From: a virus
DNA length: 64,000 nucleotides
IMG/VR virus record: IMGVR_UViG_3300037827_000415
Coordinates: 1 to 64,000 of that record
Strand: one strand, 5' to 3'
Shown here: positions 18,839-28,602 of the stretch, one piece after another
How positions within the stretch are numbered: the first letter of the stretch is position 1
Layout of the letters: every line of letters begins with the position of its first letter
Notes under the pieces: generated by a model
Database searches by the model: none
What the model saw: only the letters and a program-made list of their open reading frames with translations
What the model was told of the DNA's origin: nothing
Position numbers and translations under genes: made by a program

Positions 18839-19951
18839 GTGCGAAAGCTGTCCTGTCGAAAAAAACTCGCGTTCTCCGCTTCAATTCTTGTCCTGTCGCT
18901 CCTGATCGCAGAATTTGGGCTGACCTTCGCGGTCAGCAATTCGGTCTCCCAAGGTGACACGACGTTCTACGCTTGGGAAGACTCCGGCAAAACCATTCGC
19001 TTTGATCCCGTCCGCGGATATTGGCTCGGCACGACGCCTTCCCGATTCGTTCGCATGGCCGCAGGCGAAGTCGACTGTGCGGGGACAATTCGCGGCAATG
19101 CCCAAGGTTATCCCGACGCCCATGATTTTACACTAAGAAAGCCGTCCGGCATCCGTAGACGGTATCTCGTGCTCGGCGATTCGTTCACGGCCGGCTGGGG
19201 TCTGGAGACGAATTGGCCGGATCGAATCGAAGCATCGCGGCCGGAGTTGCAGCTTTACAACCTCTCGACGGACGGGGGCGGCCTTGCGAACTGGTGGAGC
19301 AATCTGACGCGGTTCGCGATCGCGGAGAATTACCAATTCGACGGCGTGATCTTCGCGGTATTCTATGGCGACACGAAGCGGAGTTTCACGATCAAGGACC
19401 ATCGCGACACGGCCGAGCCGCATTTCGCCCGCGTGGGATGGAAGCCGGAGACGTGGCCGCGGATGCAAGCGGAGGCTGACCAATTCTTGAAGCCGCTTGC
19501 CGGTGAGTACGCTTCCCACATTCTCTCGACCGAAGACTTTGAGCGTGCCTTGGCGACTCGCAGACTGCCGGTTCACAAGCGTCAACAACCGTGGATCATG
19601 TCGCAACTGATGGGTCTGCCGGCGTCAATTCAGCGGTTCACGTTGCCCAGTGATTCGGCGGATGGGAAATACGACGCGGACCAGTTAGCTTTGATCGACG
19701 ACATTCGCCGCGTTCGCGTGCCGATCATCGTGGTTCGCATTCCGACGCGGGAGAGCCTGATCACTGGCTGGCACGAAGCCGAGCCGGAAGCGTTTGCCAA
19801 GTTGCTCGGGGGGAAGTTCTTGGACGGTGCCGACGCCCTTCGGGGTCTAAATCCAACGCAGATTCGGGGCCTGTTCTTCAAGCACGACGGCCACTGGAAT
19901 CAGGACGGGTCGAATCGCTTCGCGGCATGGGTGCAGAAGCAGATTCAGTAG
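18839..19951 (+). CDS. SGNH/GDSL-family hydrolase with N-terminal membrane anchor (start uncertain)
   Basis: LVLGDSFTAG block I and DGHWN block V. Confidence 0.8.
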   Translation: MRKLSCRKKLAFSASILVLSLLIAEFGLTFAVSNSVSQGDTTFYAWEDSGKTIRFDPVRGYWLGTTPSRFVRMAAGEVDCAGTIRGNAQGYPDAHDFTLRKPSGIRRRYLVLGDSFTAGWGLETNWPDRIEASRPELQLYNLSTDGGGLANWWSNLTRFAIAENYQFDGVIFAVFYGDTKRSFTIKDHRDTAEPHFARVGWKPETWPRMQAEADQFLKPLAGEYASHILSTEDFERALATRRLPVHKRQQPWIMSQLMGLPASIQRFTLPSDSADGKYDADQLALIDDIRRVRVPIIVVRIPTRESLITGWHEAEPEAFAKLLGGKFLDGADALRGLNPTQIRGLFFKHDGHWNQDGSNRFAAWVQKQIQ

Positions 19952-21141
19952 GTAAAACATCCCTGCGGCGTGCAGATTGTGCGGCCGCCGTAGAACTGCT
20001 GCGTAGGAATATGCTGCACCGGCGGCCTATCCTGCCACTGGTCAGCGGCCCAGTTGTAACAGCGAGTCGTCTGCCCGTACGCTTGTATCGGAATCGCTTG
20101 CTGATAACCGTAGTTCACTGGCTGACTGCAATTCGGAGCCGAGTATTGCACGGCCGGCTGCGAGCAATTCGGTGCCGCGTAAGCCTGCGGTGCGGAGCAA
20201 TTCGGCTGCTGCGAGCTGCGATTCCGCCACGCCTGCCACTCGTCGTACTGGCCATCGACAGCCGGGGCCTCGGGCGGAAACTTGATGCCCGGCCCAGCCT
20301 GCCGCCGATCGCTTCGCGGGTGCTCGTTCATCAGCTTGTCGATCGTCGGTGGGTTGAACCCGTGGTAGACCGTTTTGACGATGCCGTTCTCCACGATTTC
20401 AATCGTCGGGTCGAGCCCGCCCCGTGGCACGGCCTGGACCAGCCAGAAGTGCTTGCTGCGGTCGAATCCCACGGTCCAGCCCGCGGGGACGGCTTCGCGA
20501 ACCAAGCCATTGACCAGATTCATACACGCGACGCAAGCGGGGGCACGACCGTTCGTCGGCTCGAGCGTTCCGTCCGTCAGCCTTCTCGTTCCCCGCAAGT
20601 CGAGTTGGATTCTGATGCCGCTGTAATTGCCGTATGGCGTTGCGGACGGTTCGTCATCCAGTGGATCGTGAACGCCGAAGGTCTGGTTGGCCGCGTTCGG
20701 CTTCGCTTCCGACGCTGGGGCCTTCGCGGGCGGAGGCGGTTGATCCAGTGCTTTGACGACTTCGGCCTTCACCCGGTCGGGGACGCCGGTGAGCTTCTGA
20801 TCGAACGATGCTTGCATGCCGGTCAGGCTCTGCCGCATCGACTCAAACTCGTGGTGCATGACCGTGGGCTGCTGAGCGAGTTGATCCGCAATCTTGGCGA
20901 GCAACGCATCCGTGGTCGACGGCTGGGCCGGCTGCTGAGTTTCGGCCGGCGGATTCTTCAAGTCGTCGGGGATCGGCGTGCCATCCTCGGGGGCGTTCTT
21001 ATCTTTGTCCGCATCGTCCGCTGCCCGGTAATGGCGATGGTGCCGGTCGTAATCGTAATCGTCGCGGTGCGGTCGGCGACGTTCGGGCAAAGAACAGCCC
21101 GCGACCGCAAGCAGGCAGACCAAAGAGAGAATCGTTCTCAT
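19945..21141 (-). CDS. Lipoprotein with Q/P/C-rich C-terminal repeats
   Basis: Lipobox VAGC; three PNCS repeats. Confidence 0.7.
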   Translation of the reverse strand: MRTILSLVCLLAVAGCSLPERRRPHRDDYDYDRHHRHYRAADDADKDKNAPEDGTPIPDDLKNPPAETQQPAQPSTTDALLAKIADQLAQQPTVMHHEFESMRQSLTGMQASFDQKLTGVPDRVKAEVVKALDQPPPPAKAPASEAKPNAANQTFGVHDPLDDEPSATPYGNYSGIRIQLDLRGTRRLTDGTLEPTNGRAPACVACMNLVNGLVREAVPAGWTVGFDRSKHFWLVQAVPRGGLDPTIEIVENGIVKTVYHGFNPPTIDKLMNEHPRSDRRQAGPGIKFPPEAPAVDGQYDEWQAWRNRSSQQPNCSAPQAYAAPNCSQPAVQYSAPNCSQPVNYGYQQAIPIQAYGQTTRCYNWAADQWQDRPPVQHIPTQQFYGGRTICTPQGCFTY

Positions 21142-21144
21142 GGA

Positions 21145-21987
21145 TCACCGATAGGGTTGATACGTGGGCGGATTGTTCAGGAAGTCGGCACGGCCGGCGT
21201 TGTACACTTCCATGTCGCTGATGCCGGACAGTTCGCATTGCGGAGAACCACACCAAGTGCGAAAGACGCTTGAGGCAACCAGTGTCGTTCCGCGGTCGCC
21301 CCACTGATCGCCGTGTGAGTTCACCAAGATGATGTAATTATTTCCGTCCGAATCCTTGTCTTCGACATAGCCGACCAGGGCGACACAGTGACCGCCTAGG
21401 GATTGGCCTTCAACGCTTTCCACGGGCTCTTTTGTTTGCCGATGATTGGCGAGCGATTCTTGCCACGGAATGCCGATGACTACAGCCCCGAGTCCAGCCG
21501 CAAGGAAATTGAAGACGTCGTTGTACGAATAAAGTGCGGTATGCGTCCGCACAAGATGATCCTTCGCCGCGTCGAAGTTTTCTCGCGTCGGCTCAAGATT
21601 GTAGTCGCCGGTGTATGGCAAATCTTCTTCAAGCAGAACCCCGTAGTCCTTGGCACCTTGAACCACGCCACTGATTGTGCATCCTTGGTCGCCGCGGATG
21701 CCGCATTTCATCTGCCCGACGCGATAACTGAACTGCGGGCTCAGGTCGATCACTCCGCCGCGAGTGGCGAAGTAATTATCAACGCGGGCGGCGGCCGTCA
21801 GCCCATGCCCAGCACAGCTTGATTCCATCATCTGGAACCGAATACTCAGCCACTTTCGCGGATCGATTGCCTTCGGAGGGGTGTACGCTCCGAAAATGCG
21901 AAGTGGCGAACACTTCTCATGCAAATAAGAAGTGTCCTCTTGCTCGGACGCCCAGCCGAGTTTGAATTCAAAGTCGCCCACGCTCAT
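21145..21987 (-). CDS. Papain-like (C1) cysteine peptidase
   Basis: Q....SCAGH, GGHCVALVGY, NSHGDQWGDRG supply the Cys/His/Asn triad. Confidence 0.85.
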   Translation of the reverse strand: MSVGDFEFKLGWASEQEDTSYLHEKCSPLRIFGAYTPPKAIDPRKWLSIRFQMMESSCAGHGLTAAARVDNYFATRGGVIDLSPQFSYRVGQMKCGIRGDQGCTISGVVQGAKDYGVLLEEDLPYTGDYNLEPTRENFDAAKDHLVRTHTALYSYNDVFNFLAAGLGAVVIGIPWQESLANHRQTKEPVESVEGQSLGGHCVALVGYVEDKDSDGNNYIILVNSHGDQWGDRGTTLVASSVFRTWCGSPQCELSGISDMEVYNAGRADFLNNPPTYQPYR

Positions 21988-22409
21988 TCGTCGTCTCGCT
22001 CGTCGTCGCGGTGAATTGGTTCGTCAGAATTCAAACTGCGAAAGCCGCGTGCGATGGCCCGCACGTATTTAGACTCACGCTTGCCGTACTTGTCGCGGTG
22101 CTGAGCCCCGATGTTGTCCATCAACTTGTTCATTTCGGCGAAGTCGGCCTTGTACTTTTTGGCAAGCCCGTCCTTGAGAGCGGTCCACAGTTCGCCCTTG
22201 TCGTAGACCTTACCGCCTTCCATGTCGTCGGCGATTTTGTCCCAAGCGTCGGCCTGATCGCGGTCGTACTTCCGCTGTGCGGACGCGACCATTCGCTCGA
22301 CGGTCCCATTCTTATTGGGCGTCACGTGGCGGCCGTCGTCGCTCGACACGCATCCCGCGAGCACCGCGGCGATTATTCCGACAAGGATTGTGCGGCTTGT
22401 GTGGCCCAT
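21984..22409 (-). CDS. Lipoprotein
   Basis: Signal peptide with lipobox LAGC. Confidence 0.7.
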   Translation of the reverse strand: MGHTSRTILVGIIAAVLAGCVSSDDGRHVTPNKNGTVERMVASAQRKYDRDQADAWDKIADDMEGGKVYDKGELWTALKDGLAKKYKADFAEMNKLMDNIGAQHRDKYGKRESKYVRAIARGFRSLNSDEPIHRDDERDDE

Positions 22410-22783
22410 GTTTGCATATCGCTCCCAAAACTCTCCCGTGCTCCGACGGCACCGGGGGCAGCATACTGTTCGTGATAATGGCTTTCCAAGTACGAGATCA
22501 GAATCTTGACCGCCAGTTCGATCAGTTTTTTCGTGGCCCAGTCTTCAAGGCGGTCCTTCCATCCGTGATCGGCCGCGTCGGCTTCGATGTCCGCGATGAT
22601 GAGTCGCATCGCTTCAGACTCGTCTTCTTTCGACTCCCAGAAGCCGGGGCAATTGGCCAGACGACGCATTGCGATCGCGTGGGCACGATCCGTCGCTTCC
22701 CACGAAGTTTGGCTGTAGGCGATCCGCTCACCGTTGTATTCGATTTGATCGAAGTTCAACTTGCGGATTCGTAAGTAGTCCAT
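22373..22783 (-). CDS. Hypothetical protein
   Basis: ATG 22783 overlaps the upstream stop (TAATG). Confidence 0.6.
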   Translation of the reverse strand: MDYLRIRKLNFDQIEYNGERIAYSQTSWEATDRAHAIAMRRLANCPGFWESKEDESEAMRLIIADIEADAADHGWKDRLEDWATKKLIELAVKILISYLESHYHEQYAAPGAVGARESFGSDMQTWATQAAQSLSE

Positions 22784-23202
22784 TATTGAATCGCCGGAAT
22801 GTTCAAGGCTTGTTCGGCCACTTTGACTCTCGCAGCCAGCTTCTCGAATTCCGTTTGAGAAACTCCCGCAGCCGGAACCGCAACAAGCGGAGCGGGGGCC
22901 TCGACGCTCTTCGCCACGGATGGAACATGCGACACAATGGCGTGTGCCCCCTTGCTGAAGCTGTAGCCGTCGAAGATTGCCCCAACGATCGTGGGCAAGA
23001 GAAAGACGCAAAACGCCAGCCAGCGGGCGACCCAGCCGCCGTCCGGCCCGACGCCTTCAATCTCGACGAGCGGTTCACCCAATTGGAAGCATTGGAATTG
23101 ATCCAGCACCACGAACGCGATCGCGGCTAGGACGATCCCAAGAATTACCCGGCCGGCCGTCAATCTCACGTAGGCGGCGGGGACGGTTGATGCTGTCGCC
23201 AT
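22783..23202 (-). CDS. Holin-like two-TM membrane protein
   Basis: Two hydrophobic segments. Confidence 0.5.
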   Translation of the reverse strand: MATASTVPAAYVRLTAGRVILGIVLAAIAFVVLDQFQCFQLGEPLVEIEGVGPDGGWVARWLAFCVFLLPTIVGAIFDGYSFSKGAHAIVSHVPSVAKSVEAPAPLVAVPAAGVSQTEFEKLAARVKVAEQALNIPAIQ

Positions 23203-23660
23203 TCTGCTCTGGCCCTTTTATTGGCTTCGCTCTCAGGATCGGGCGTGAACGTCACCGGATGCGTCTGGTCGTTGACCACGTTCTTTGCGGCGTTCCACTT
23301 GGCCCAATCATCGTAAGCATTCTTGACCGTGCTGAGAACGCCGACCGTGTGATCCTTGAGTTCGGCCGTCTGTTGATTGGTCGCGTTCTCGATTTGCTGG
23401 GTCTGTTTGGCGTTGGCGTTCGCGATGCTGGATCGGTTCGCAGCGATGCCGACGGCCGTCGTCGCTGCGGTCGCTAGGCCGGTCATGCCGCCCAAGGCTG
23501 TGGTGCGACTCTGCTCTGGGAGTTTTTCGCACCAGACGAGAACGACGATGGCGAGCATCGCGAAGCCCAGCAGGCCGGCGACCATATAGAGCAGCAGCAC
23601 GATCGGGTCACGCGGCGGCTTCGGCGTTTCGGCCTTCGGTTTGCGTTTACGTTTCGCCAT
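23166..23660 (-). CDS. Holin-like membrane protein
   Basis: Basic N-terminus MAKRKRK then one or two TM segments. Confidence 0.5.
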   Translation of the reverse strand: MAKRKRKPKAETPKPPRDPIVLLLYMVAGLLGFAMLAIVVLVWCEKLPEQSRTTALGGMTGLATAATTAVGIAANRSSIANANAKQTQQIENATNQQTAELKDHTVGVLSTVKNAYDDWAKWNAAKNVVNDQTHPVTFTPDPESEANKRARAEWRQHQPSPPPT

Positions 23661-23665
23661 GTTGC

Positions 23666-24172
23666 TCAGTGCTTGTTGTATTCCAGTGCGATTTTGACGG
23701 CCTCGACCGCGATGCCGGCGAACACCGTCGCGATGAGCGAGATCACCGTCCAAAAGGTTCGGCTTCGTTCCTTTTGCCGGTTGTGGTGCTCGCTCTCAAG
23801 CGTTTTGATCTTGTGTTCATGGATGGCCATTCTCTCGCCAAGGTGGCCGTCGTCTCCACCCTTGATGAATTCGTCGATGTCGTCGACCTTGGCCTTCATC
23901 AATTCGAGATCGACCATCTTATCCTTGATGAGCCGAACGTCTTTGATCAGGTCGCTCCGCTCCACGGCCCACGAAGACGTCATGTCGCGAAGCCCGTCCA
24001 CAAGCTGGGAGATGGCCTCCAAGAGCCTTTCCTGCCCCTCGTGGTCGTTGCCTCTGGATCGCGTAGACGACGGCATGACGTGTCTCCCCTCCAAACCGAG
24101 CAGGGGCTCGTGGCCATTTGTCCCGAGGATGCCGACGGGCTCAGAATGGCTGAACGAATTTTCGGCCGTCAT
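23666..24172 (-). CDS. Coiled-coil protein with C-terminal TM
   Basis: FWTVISLIATVFAGIAV near the C-terminus. Confidence 0.6.
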   Translation of the reverse strand: MTAENSFSHSEPVGILGTNGHEPLLGLEGRHVMPSSTRSRGNDHEGQERLLEAISQLVDGLRDMTSSWAVERSDLIKDVRLIKDKMVDLELMKAKVDDIDEFIKGGDDGHLGERMAIHEHKIKTLESEHHNRQKERSRTFWTVISLIATVFAGIAVEAVKIALEYNKH

Positions 24173-24291
24173 GAATAGACCGCTTTCCCGAAGGCCCGCC
24201 AGTGAGGCAACTAACGCTCCCGGAGATGGCGGGAGTTCCTGTTGATTGTGGCCGAAATCGGGGATTTGTCGAGATTATCCCTTGGCCAATG

Positions 24292-24316
24292 AAAAAAGCC
24301 CGCATTTCTGCGGGCC
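24292..24316 (-). terminator. Intrinsic terminator
   Basis: GCCCGCA-GAAA-TGCGGGC-TTTTTT on minus strand. Confidence 0.7.
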
Positions 24317-24430
24317 GGGGGCCTTCGTTTGGGTCGCATCGACTTCCATGCTGCGATTTTACTGTCCGGCCCCTAAAAAATGACGGTGCGGGTCTCAGGG
24401 CCGATTCCCGCACCGCCGCTCATCCTTGAA

Positions 24431-25405
24431 TCATGCGGCAAGTGCCTTTTCAATCAACTCCCCAAGCTCGCCGATCCGCTTCACCATCGTCTCCGGTACC
24501 CGCTTGGCCTTGTCGATCATGTTGCCCATCGCGGTCAGCTCCTTCGCGTATTGCGTGGCTTCGTCACCCATCTTCGCGATCAGCCCGACCGCGTTATTGG
24601 CCAGTTGACGGCACTTGCCGACCCATACCGAGACGACGGCCGGATCATCCTCTGGATCGAGCTCAGCCGGCTTCGCGACCGGCACCGGATGATCGTTGCG
24701 GAAGTTCACCAAGCAATCCGTGATCTTGTCGATGGCCGCTTGGCCGAGCCCCTTGATCGCGGACGGTAGAAACTCGCCGGCACCGATTCGCTTTTCGAGT
24801 TCGCCAACGGTTGTGATGCCGGCCTCGATCATCTTTTCCGTGTAGCCTTCCGGGGCGTGGAGTTCGGCGATTGGCATTGCGGCGGCTTCGTCCACGATCG
24901 ACTCGATGACGTGTGCGGCAATGTCTTTTGCTGACATGCTGCCGTCGTTTGCCGGCTGCCCATTGCTCGCGTCAAATGGCAACGCCTTCTGTTTCGTGGC
25001 CGCGTTCCGCCTTCGCACGGCGTGCCGCATGTTGGCGATCAACTCTTCCCGCGTGTCCTTCGCGTCCTTCAACTGGATTTTCAGGTCGGCGATCACGCGG
25101 TCCTGCTGGTCGATCTCGTCCTCCAGTTCACGGAGTTCCTGATCGCGAAGGTTCATCTCGTGCAGGCGGGTTTTGAGACGCTCGAATTCATTGTCGTCGC
25201 CAGCCAGACTGCCAATCGTCTCGTAGCCGACGATTCCGAGAGATTCGGCGGAAGCGAGGGTGTCAGCCCCTTCCTCCAGTGCCGGCGGATCGCTCGGCTT
25301 CAATCCGAACTGTGCCGCAGTCGCCGGATCGGACACATTGATCGCGGTCGTGTTCTGTGCCGGTTCGGGGTGCAGCGGGTGTTCGATGCTGGGATCCCAC
25401 GCCAT
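24431..25405 (-). CDS. Coiled-coil protein with HhH-like motif
   Basis: EAGITTVGEL...IKGLGQAAIDKI. Confidence 0.65.
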   Translation of the reverse strand: MAWDPSIEHPLHPEPAQNTTAINVSDPATAAQFGLKPSDPPALEEGADTLASAESLGIVGYETIGSLAGDDNEFERLKTRLHEMNLRDQELRELEDEIDQQDRVIADLKIQLKDAKDTREELIANMRHAVRRRNAATKQKALPFDASNGQPANDGSMSAKDIAAHVIESIVDEAAAMPIAELHAPEGYTEKMIEAGITTVGELEKRIGAGEFLPSAIKGLGQAAIDKITDCLVNFRNDHPVPVAKPAELDPEDDPAVVSVWVGKCRQLANNAVGLIAKMGDEATQYAKELTAMGNMIDKAKRVPETMVKRIGELGELIEKALAA

Positions 25406-25419
25406 GTTTTCGCTCGCTT

Positions 25420-25710
25420 TCAAGAAAAGAACGTCGGCAAATCCGGCCCTGGCTGCGACGGTCGGGCCGCAGGCGTCGATTGTTTCCAGTGTGGCTGATT
25501 GTTGCGGATGTGATCCAGTAGAACGTATAGCACTTTAGTCAGCGACTCTTCGGCGGTCTCATCGGTCAGTTGATCGGCTTCGATGTAGAGCGTCGGCTTG
25601 GCCATGCCCCAGTCGATTTGGACCTTGATCGCTCCCGCGTTGGCGTGGGACTCGATGCGGATGAAGCCGGATTCGCGGGCGAGGTCGCGTATTAGGGTGG
25701 CTAGTGTCAT
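25420..25710 (-). CDS. Hypothetical protein
   Basis: 96 aa, overlaps the HNH gene stop. Confidence 0.55.
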   Translation of the reverse strand: MTLATLIRDLARESGFIRIESHANAGAIKVQIDWGMAKPTLYIEADQLTDETAEESLTKVLYVLLDHIRNNQPHWKQSTPAARPSQPGPDLPTFFS

Positions 25711-26231
25711 GTTTGCATTCGGTTGTACATTCCGGACAATCGCCTCGCCTGCTCCAATTCATTTTGATGTTCAGTAATGTGTGCGCTCCTGTCGAGAGAG
25801 TTCAGGTTAGATGGATCGTCGTTCAGTGTATTGCGATCTTCATGATGCACGAGCATTCCGGACGGCAATACGCCATGAACACTTTCCCAAACAACGACGG
25901 CACGTAATTTCCAGTCGGCTACATTTCCGTTGTCTGCGATCTTCACCCACGCTCGCGGCTTTCCGTTTTTATCTTTCCTGATTCGCACAGAACCAATCGG
26001 CCGTTTTGTTTTGGGGACTTGCCCTTTTTTGAAGCTGCCGGAGTTTGCTCCGAAAACTCCGATTTTACCTTTCATCCACGGCGTGCTGCCCGGATTAAAC
26101 CTTCCGCGTCCGGATCCGTGTTTTCGATTCCATTCGTGATAGCATCGCTGCGAACAGAATCTAATTGCCCTCTTTCCGGAACGATGTCGACAGAACTCTT
26201 CTCTGCATTCCTCGCAGACCCAAATCGGCAT
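25707..26231 (-). CDS. HNH homing endonuclease
   Basis: VWESVHG..VHHEDRNTLNDDPSNL..H. Confidence 0.85.
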   Translation of the reverse strand: MPIWVCEECREEFCRHRSGKRAIRFCSQRCYHEWNRKHGSGRGRFNPGSTPWMKGKIGVFGANSGSFKKGQVPKTKRPIGSVRIRKDKNGKPRAWVKIADNGNVADWKLRAVVVWESVHGVLPSGMLVHHEDRNTLNDDPSNLNSLDRSAHITEHQNELEQARRLSGMYNRMQT

Positions 26232-26242
26232 CTCGGTTTTTC

Positions 26243-28168
26243 CTAGGCGAACAGGACGCCTTGTTCAGTTTTTGAAGATACAGCTCTTTTGCAATTCTTG
26301 ATAGCGGCGTCGAAATATGATTCCTTTAGTTCGATTCCATAAAATCGCCTTTCCAACTGGATGGCGCTGTAGCCGGTGCTCCCCACGCCGCAAAAACAGT
26401 CCAGTACCAGTTCGCCGGGATTACTCCACAGCCGCACGCACCGCTCGCAAATGTCGAGCGGGAACGCACAGATATGCCGCGTGTCCTCTTCGTCCTTCGC
26501 TTCAAGCGTATTGAGCGTCCGCGACCAGCGGATATCCGACCAGCACGCTTCGGCCCAGTCAATCCACTGATTGCGGCTCACTTGGTTTTCGCTGTCGATC
26601 AGAACCGCATTCTCGCCCGGCTTGCGGAACTTGATGATGTAGTCCGGCAGACATGGGGCCGACTGCGAGCGATCGCGTTCAAGGCCGACGAATTGCAGGC
26701 GACGTGATCTTGTGCGAATCGCCTCGGAATTATGCGTGAGAATGCAGCTTTCCGTCGCGAACAGACCGTCCTCGGCTTCGACCGTGATGCACGTGCAAGG
26801 AAATTCGCCGATCTCTTCGATGGCAACGACAGCCCGCCTGAATCCCTTCTGCGGCGGAATCCACTTCGCGATCTTGTCCTTGAACCTGAACGGACATATT
26901 CCGTCTCGAAGACGCGGGGTCAACTCGTAAATCACTCTACCGAATCGCGTTTCGCCGTTGTGGTGATACTTGCTGCCCGCTCGTGCGATCTTTGTGCAGA
27001 TTCCGCCAAGCGACTCTACAAGAAACTTGAAGTCGTCAGCCAGACGCTCCGACGTTGTGTGGAACGCTACGCCGCCCTTCACCTTGTTTTTTCCGTCCGT
27101 ATCGAGCAGCCCCGCAATCAATAGTCGGCGGGACATTTCGTCCGCGAAAAGATAGGTCGGCGGGACGAACTTATCCCAAGCGTGCTTGCCTTCCAGTCCG
27201 AGCGACCGAATCGCGTGCAGGACGTCATTACGATGCCATTCCGGGCATGTGATGTTCCAGGTTGAAGCATCGTTGCCGCGCTCGGATCCGGGATTCAGCC
27301 GGAGGCTATGATTATGTGGAAGAGACAGGTTCTCTACGATTCCGCGTTGCGTGCAAATTTCGACAACGCCGCGTTTCGACAGGCAGCCATCACCAAGCAG
27401 TACGCCAAGCAGATATGGATCCAGCGGCAATTGCTTTGCGTTGAATTTTACGGCCCCGCCAATCGTCGGCAGGAAAAACTTCGCCGATCCGCTTGGCTGA
27501 AATAGCCCGCGACTCTTGATCTCCTCCGTCTTTAGTACGATTTGCCGCCTTTCTCCGTGAATTTGAGCGGTAGTCATCACTGACCAGAGATGGTTGCCGT
27601 CGCAGTCAACTGAAGACCCGTCGGACGTCGAGACGCGAAACAGCCTTCTCGTGCCTTGCGGCCACACGCCCACGACACGCGTCGGCTGACCAGAAGATCC
27701 GATCACTTGATCATTGATGGCGAGAGACTGAATCTCGCTCCATCCTTGAGGCGTCAAAACCCTCGATCCGTCTCGTAGAGCCTGCGGATTCTTTGAACAC
27801 ATGACTTCGCCGTCGTAAATGAATCCCGCTCGCTGGCCAAGGCGAATGTTGAGCCCGCGAAAGTCGTGAACGCCTTCGCCGCCCACTCGCTTCAGGCCGG
27901 GGATTTGCATGACGTGGCAAGCGAACACGCGGCCCGGCTTGAGTACGCGAAGGATCCTGCGATAGAAGAATGCAAGATGGACTTTGGACTCCGCCCCGTA
28001 GCTTTCGACGTTGCCGATGTCTGACTCGCTGTCGCTGTACGCGAACAATGCGGGGAAGGCCGGGCTGCACATGGCGAAATCGACTGACGATTCCGGCATG
28101 ACGCTCTCCATATGGGGGATAGCATCGCCGTGGTGGATGAAGAATTCTTCGCCTTCGGGAATCAGCAT
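26243..28168 (-). CDS. Beta-class N4C/N6A DNA methyltransferase containing an intein
   Basis: Motif IV variant SPAF, LRVLKPGR, HICAFP, motif I LDCFCGVGST; start overlaps the upstream TGA. Confidence 0.88.
   Translation of the reverse strand: MLIPEGEEFFIHHGDAIPHMESVMPESSVDFAMCSPAFPALFAYSDSESDIGNVESYGAESKVHLAFFYRRILRVLKPGRVFACHVMQIPGLKRVGGEGVHDFRGLNIRLGQRAGFIYDGEVMCSKNPQALRDGSRVLTPQGWSEIQSLAINDQVIGSSGQPTRVVGVWPQGTRRLFRVSTSDGSSVDCDGNHLWSVMTTAQIHGERRQIVLKTEEIKSRGLFQPSGSAKFFLPTIGGAVKFNAKQLPLDPYLLGVLLGDGCLSKRGVVEICTQRGIVENLSLPHNHSLRLNPGSERGNDASTWNITCPEWHRNDVLHAIRSLGLEGKHAWDKFVPPTYLFADEMSRRLLIAGLLDTDGKNKVKGGVAFHTTSERLADDFKFLVESLGGICTKIARAGSKYHHNGETRFGRVIYELTPRLRDGICPFRFKDKIAKWIPPQKGFRRAVVAIEEIGEFPCTCITVEAEDGLFATESCILTHNSEAIRTRSRRLQFVGLERDRSQSAPCLPDYIIKFRKPGENAVLIDSENQVSRNQWIDWAEACWSDIRWSRTLNTLEAKDEEDTRHICAFPLDICERCVRLWSNPGELVLDCFCGVGSTGYSAIQLERRFYGIELKESYFDAAIKNCKRAVSSKTEQGVLFA
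26729..27781 (-). mobile_element. 351-aa intein with LAGLIDADG endonuclease, class 3 signature
   Basis: Starts ALRDGSRVLTP, block B DGNHLW, LLGVLLGDG and IAGLLDTDG, block F CTCITV, ends LTHN followed by Ser. Confidence 0.9.
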
Positions 28169-28602
28169 CAGTCGCACCTTTCGCCAAAGCCTTCGCGTTC
28201 GTGAAACTGATAGTCGATTTTGTGGCCCGGAACGCCGCAGAGTCGTCCGCGGATTTCGTGCCATTCTTCCGAGTTTTCTTCGACGGTTTGCATTTTCAGG
28301 ATTGCGTCGCCGACTTCCGTATCCCGCACGACCCAGATTTCACGACCGCGATTGAACGGAAGGATCCGCACTTGCAATCCATACCGGTGGCCGACCTTCA
28401 GGCAAATATCAAAGACGACCTTGAACCATTCTTCCGACGGCCGGAACATCGCGGCTCGACATGCCCCGAGATAAATCTTCTCCGCTTCTCCGCTGACGAA
28501 TCCGGCCGCGAACACCGGAATTAAAGCCGGGTCCATGCCGGTGAATTGTTCAAGCCCAACTTTGTAAAGCGGGCCGCACGTCTGCGGTTTCAAAGTTGCC
28601 AT
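28168..28602 (-). CDS. Hypothetical protein
   Basis: 144 aa between helicase and methyltransferase. Confidence 0.65.
   Translation of the reverse strand: MATLKPQTCGPLYKVGLEQFTGMDPALIPVFAAGFVSGEAEKIYLGACRAAMFRPSEEWFKVVFDICLKVGHRYGLQVRILPFNRGREIWVVRDTEVGDAILKMQTVEENSEEWHEIRGRLCGVPGHKIDYQFHEREGFGERCD

Noticed and set aside
24383-24417. GGTGCGGG...CCCGCACC as a tRNA fragment
   Set aside because: A simple hairpin after a stop codon, with no D or T loop consensus
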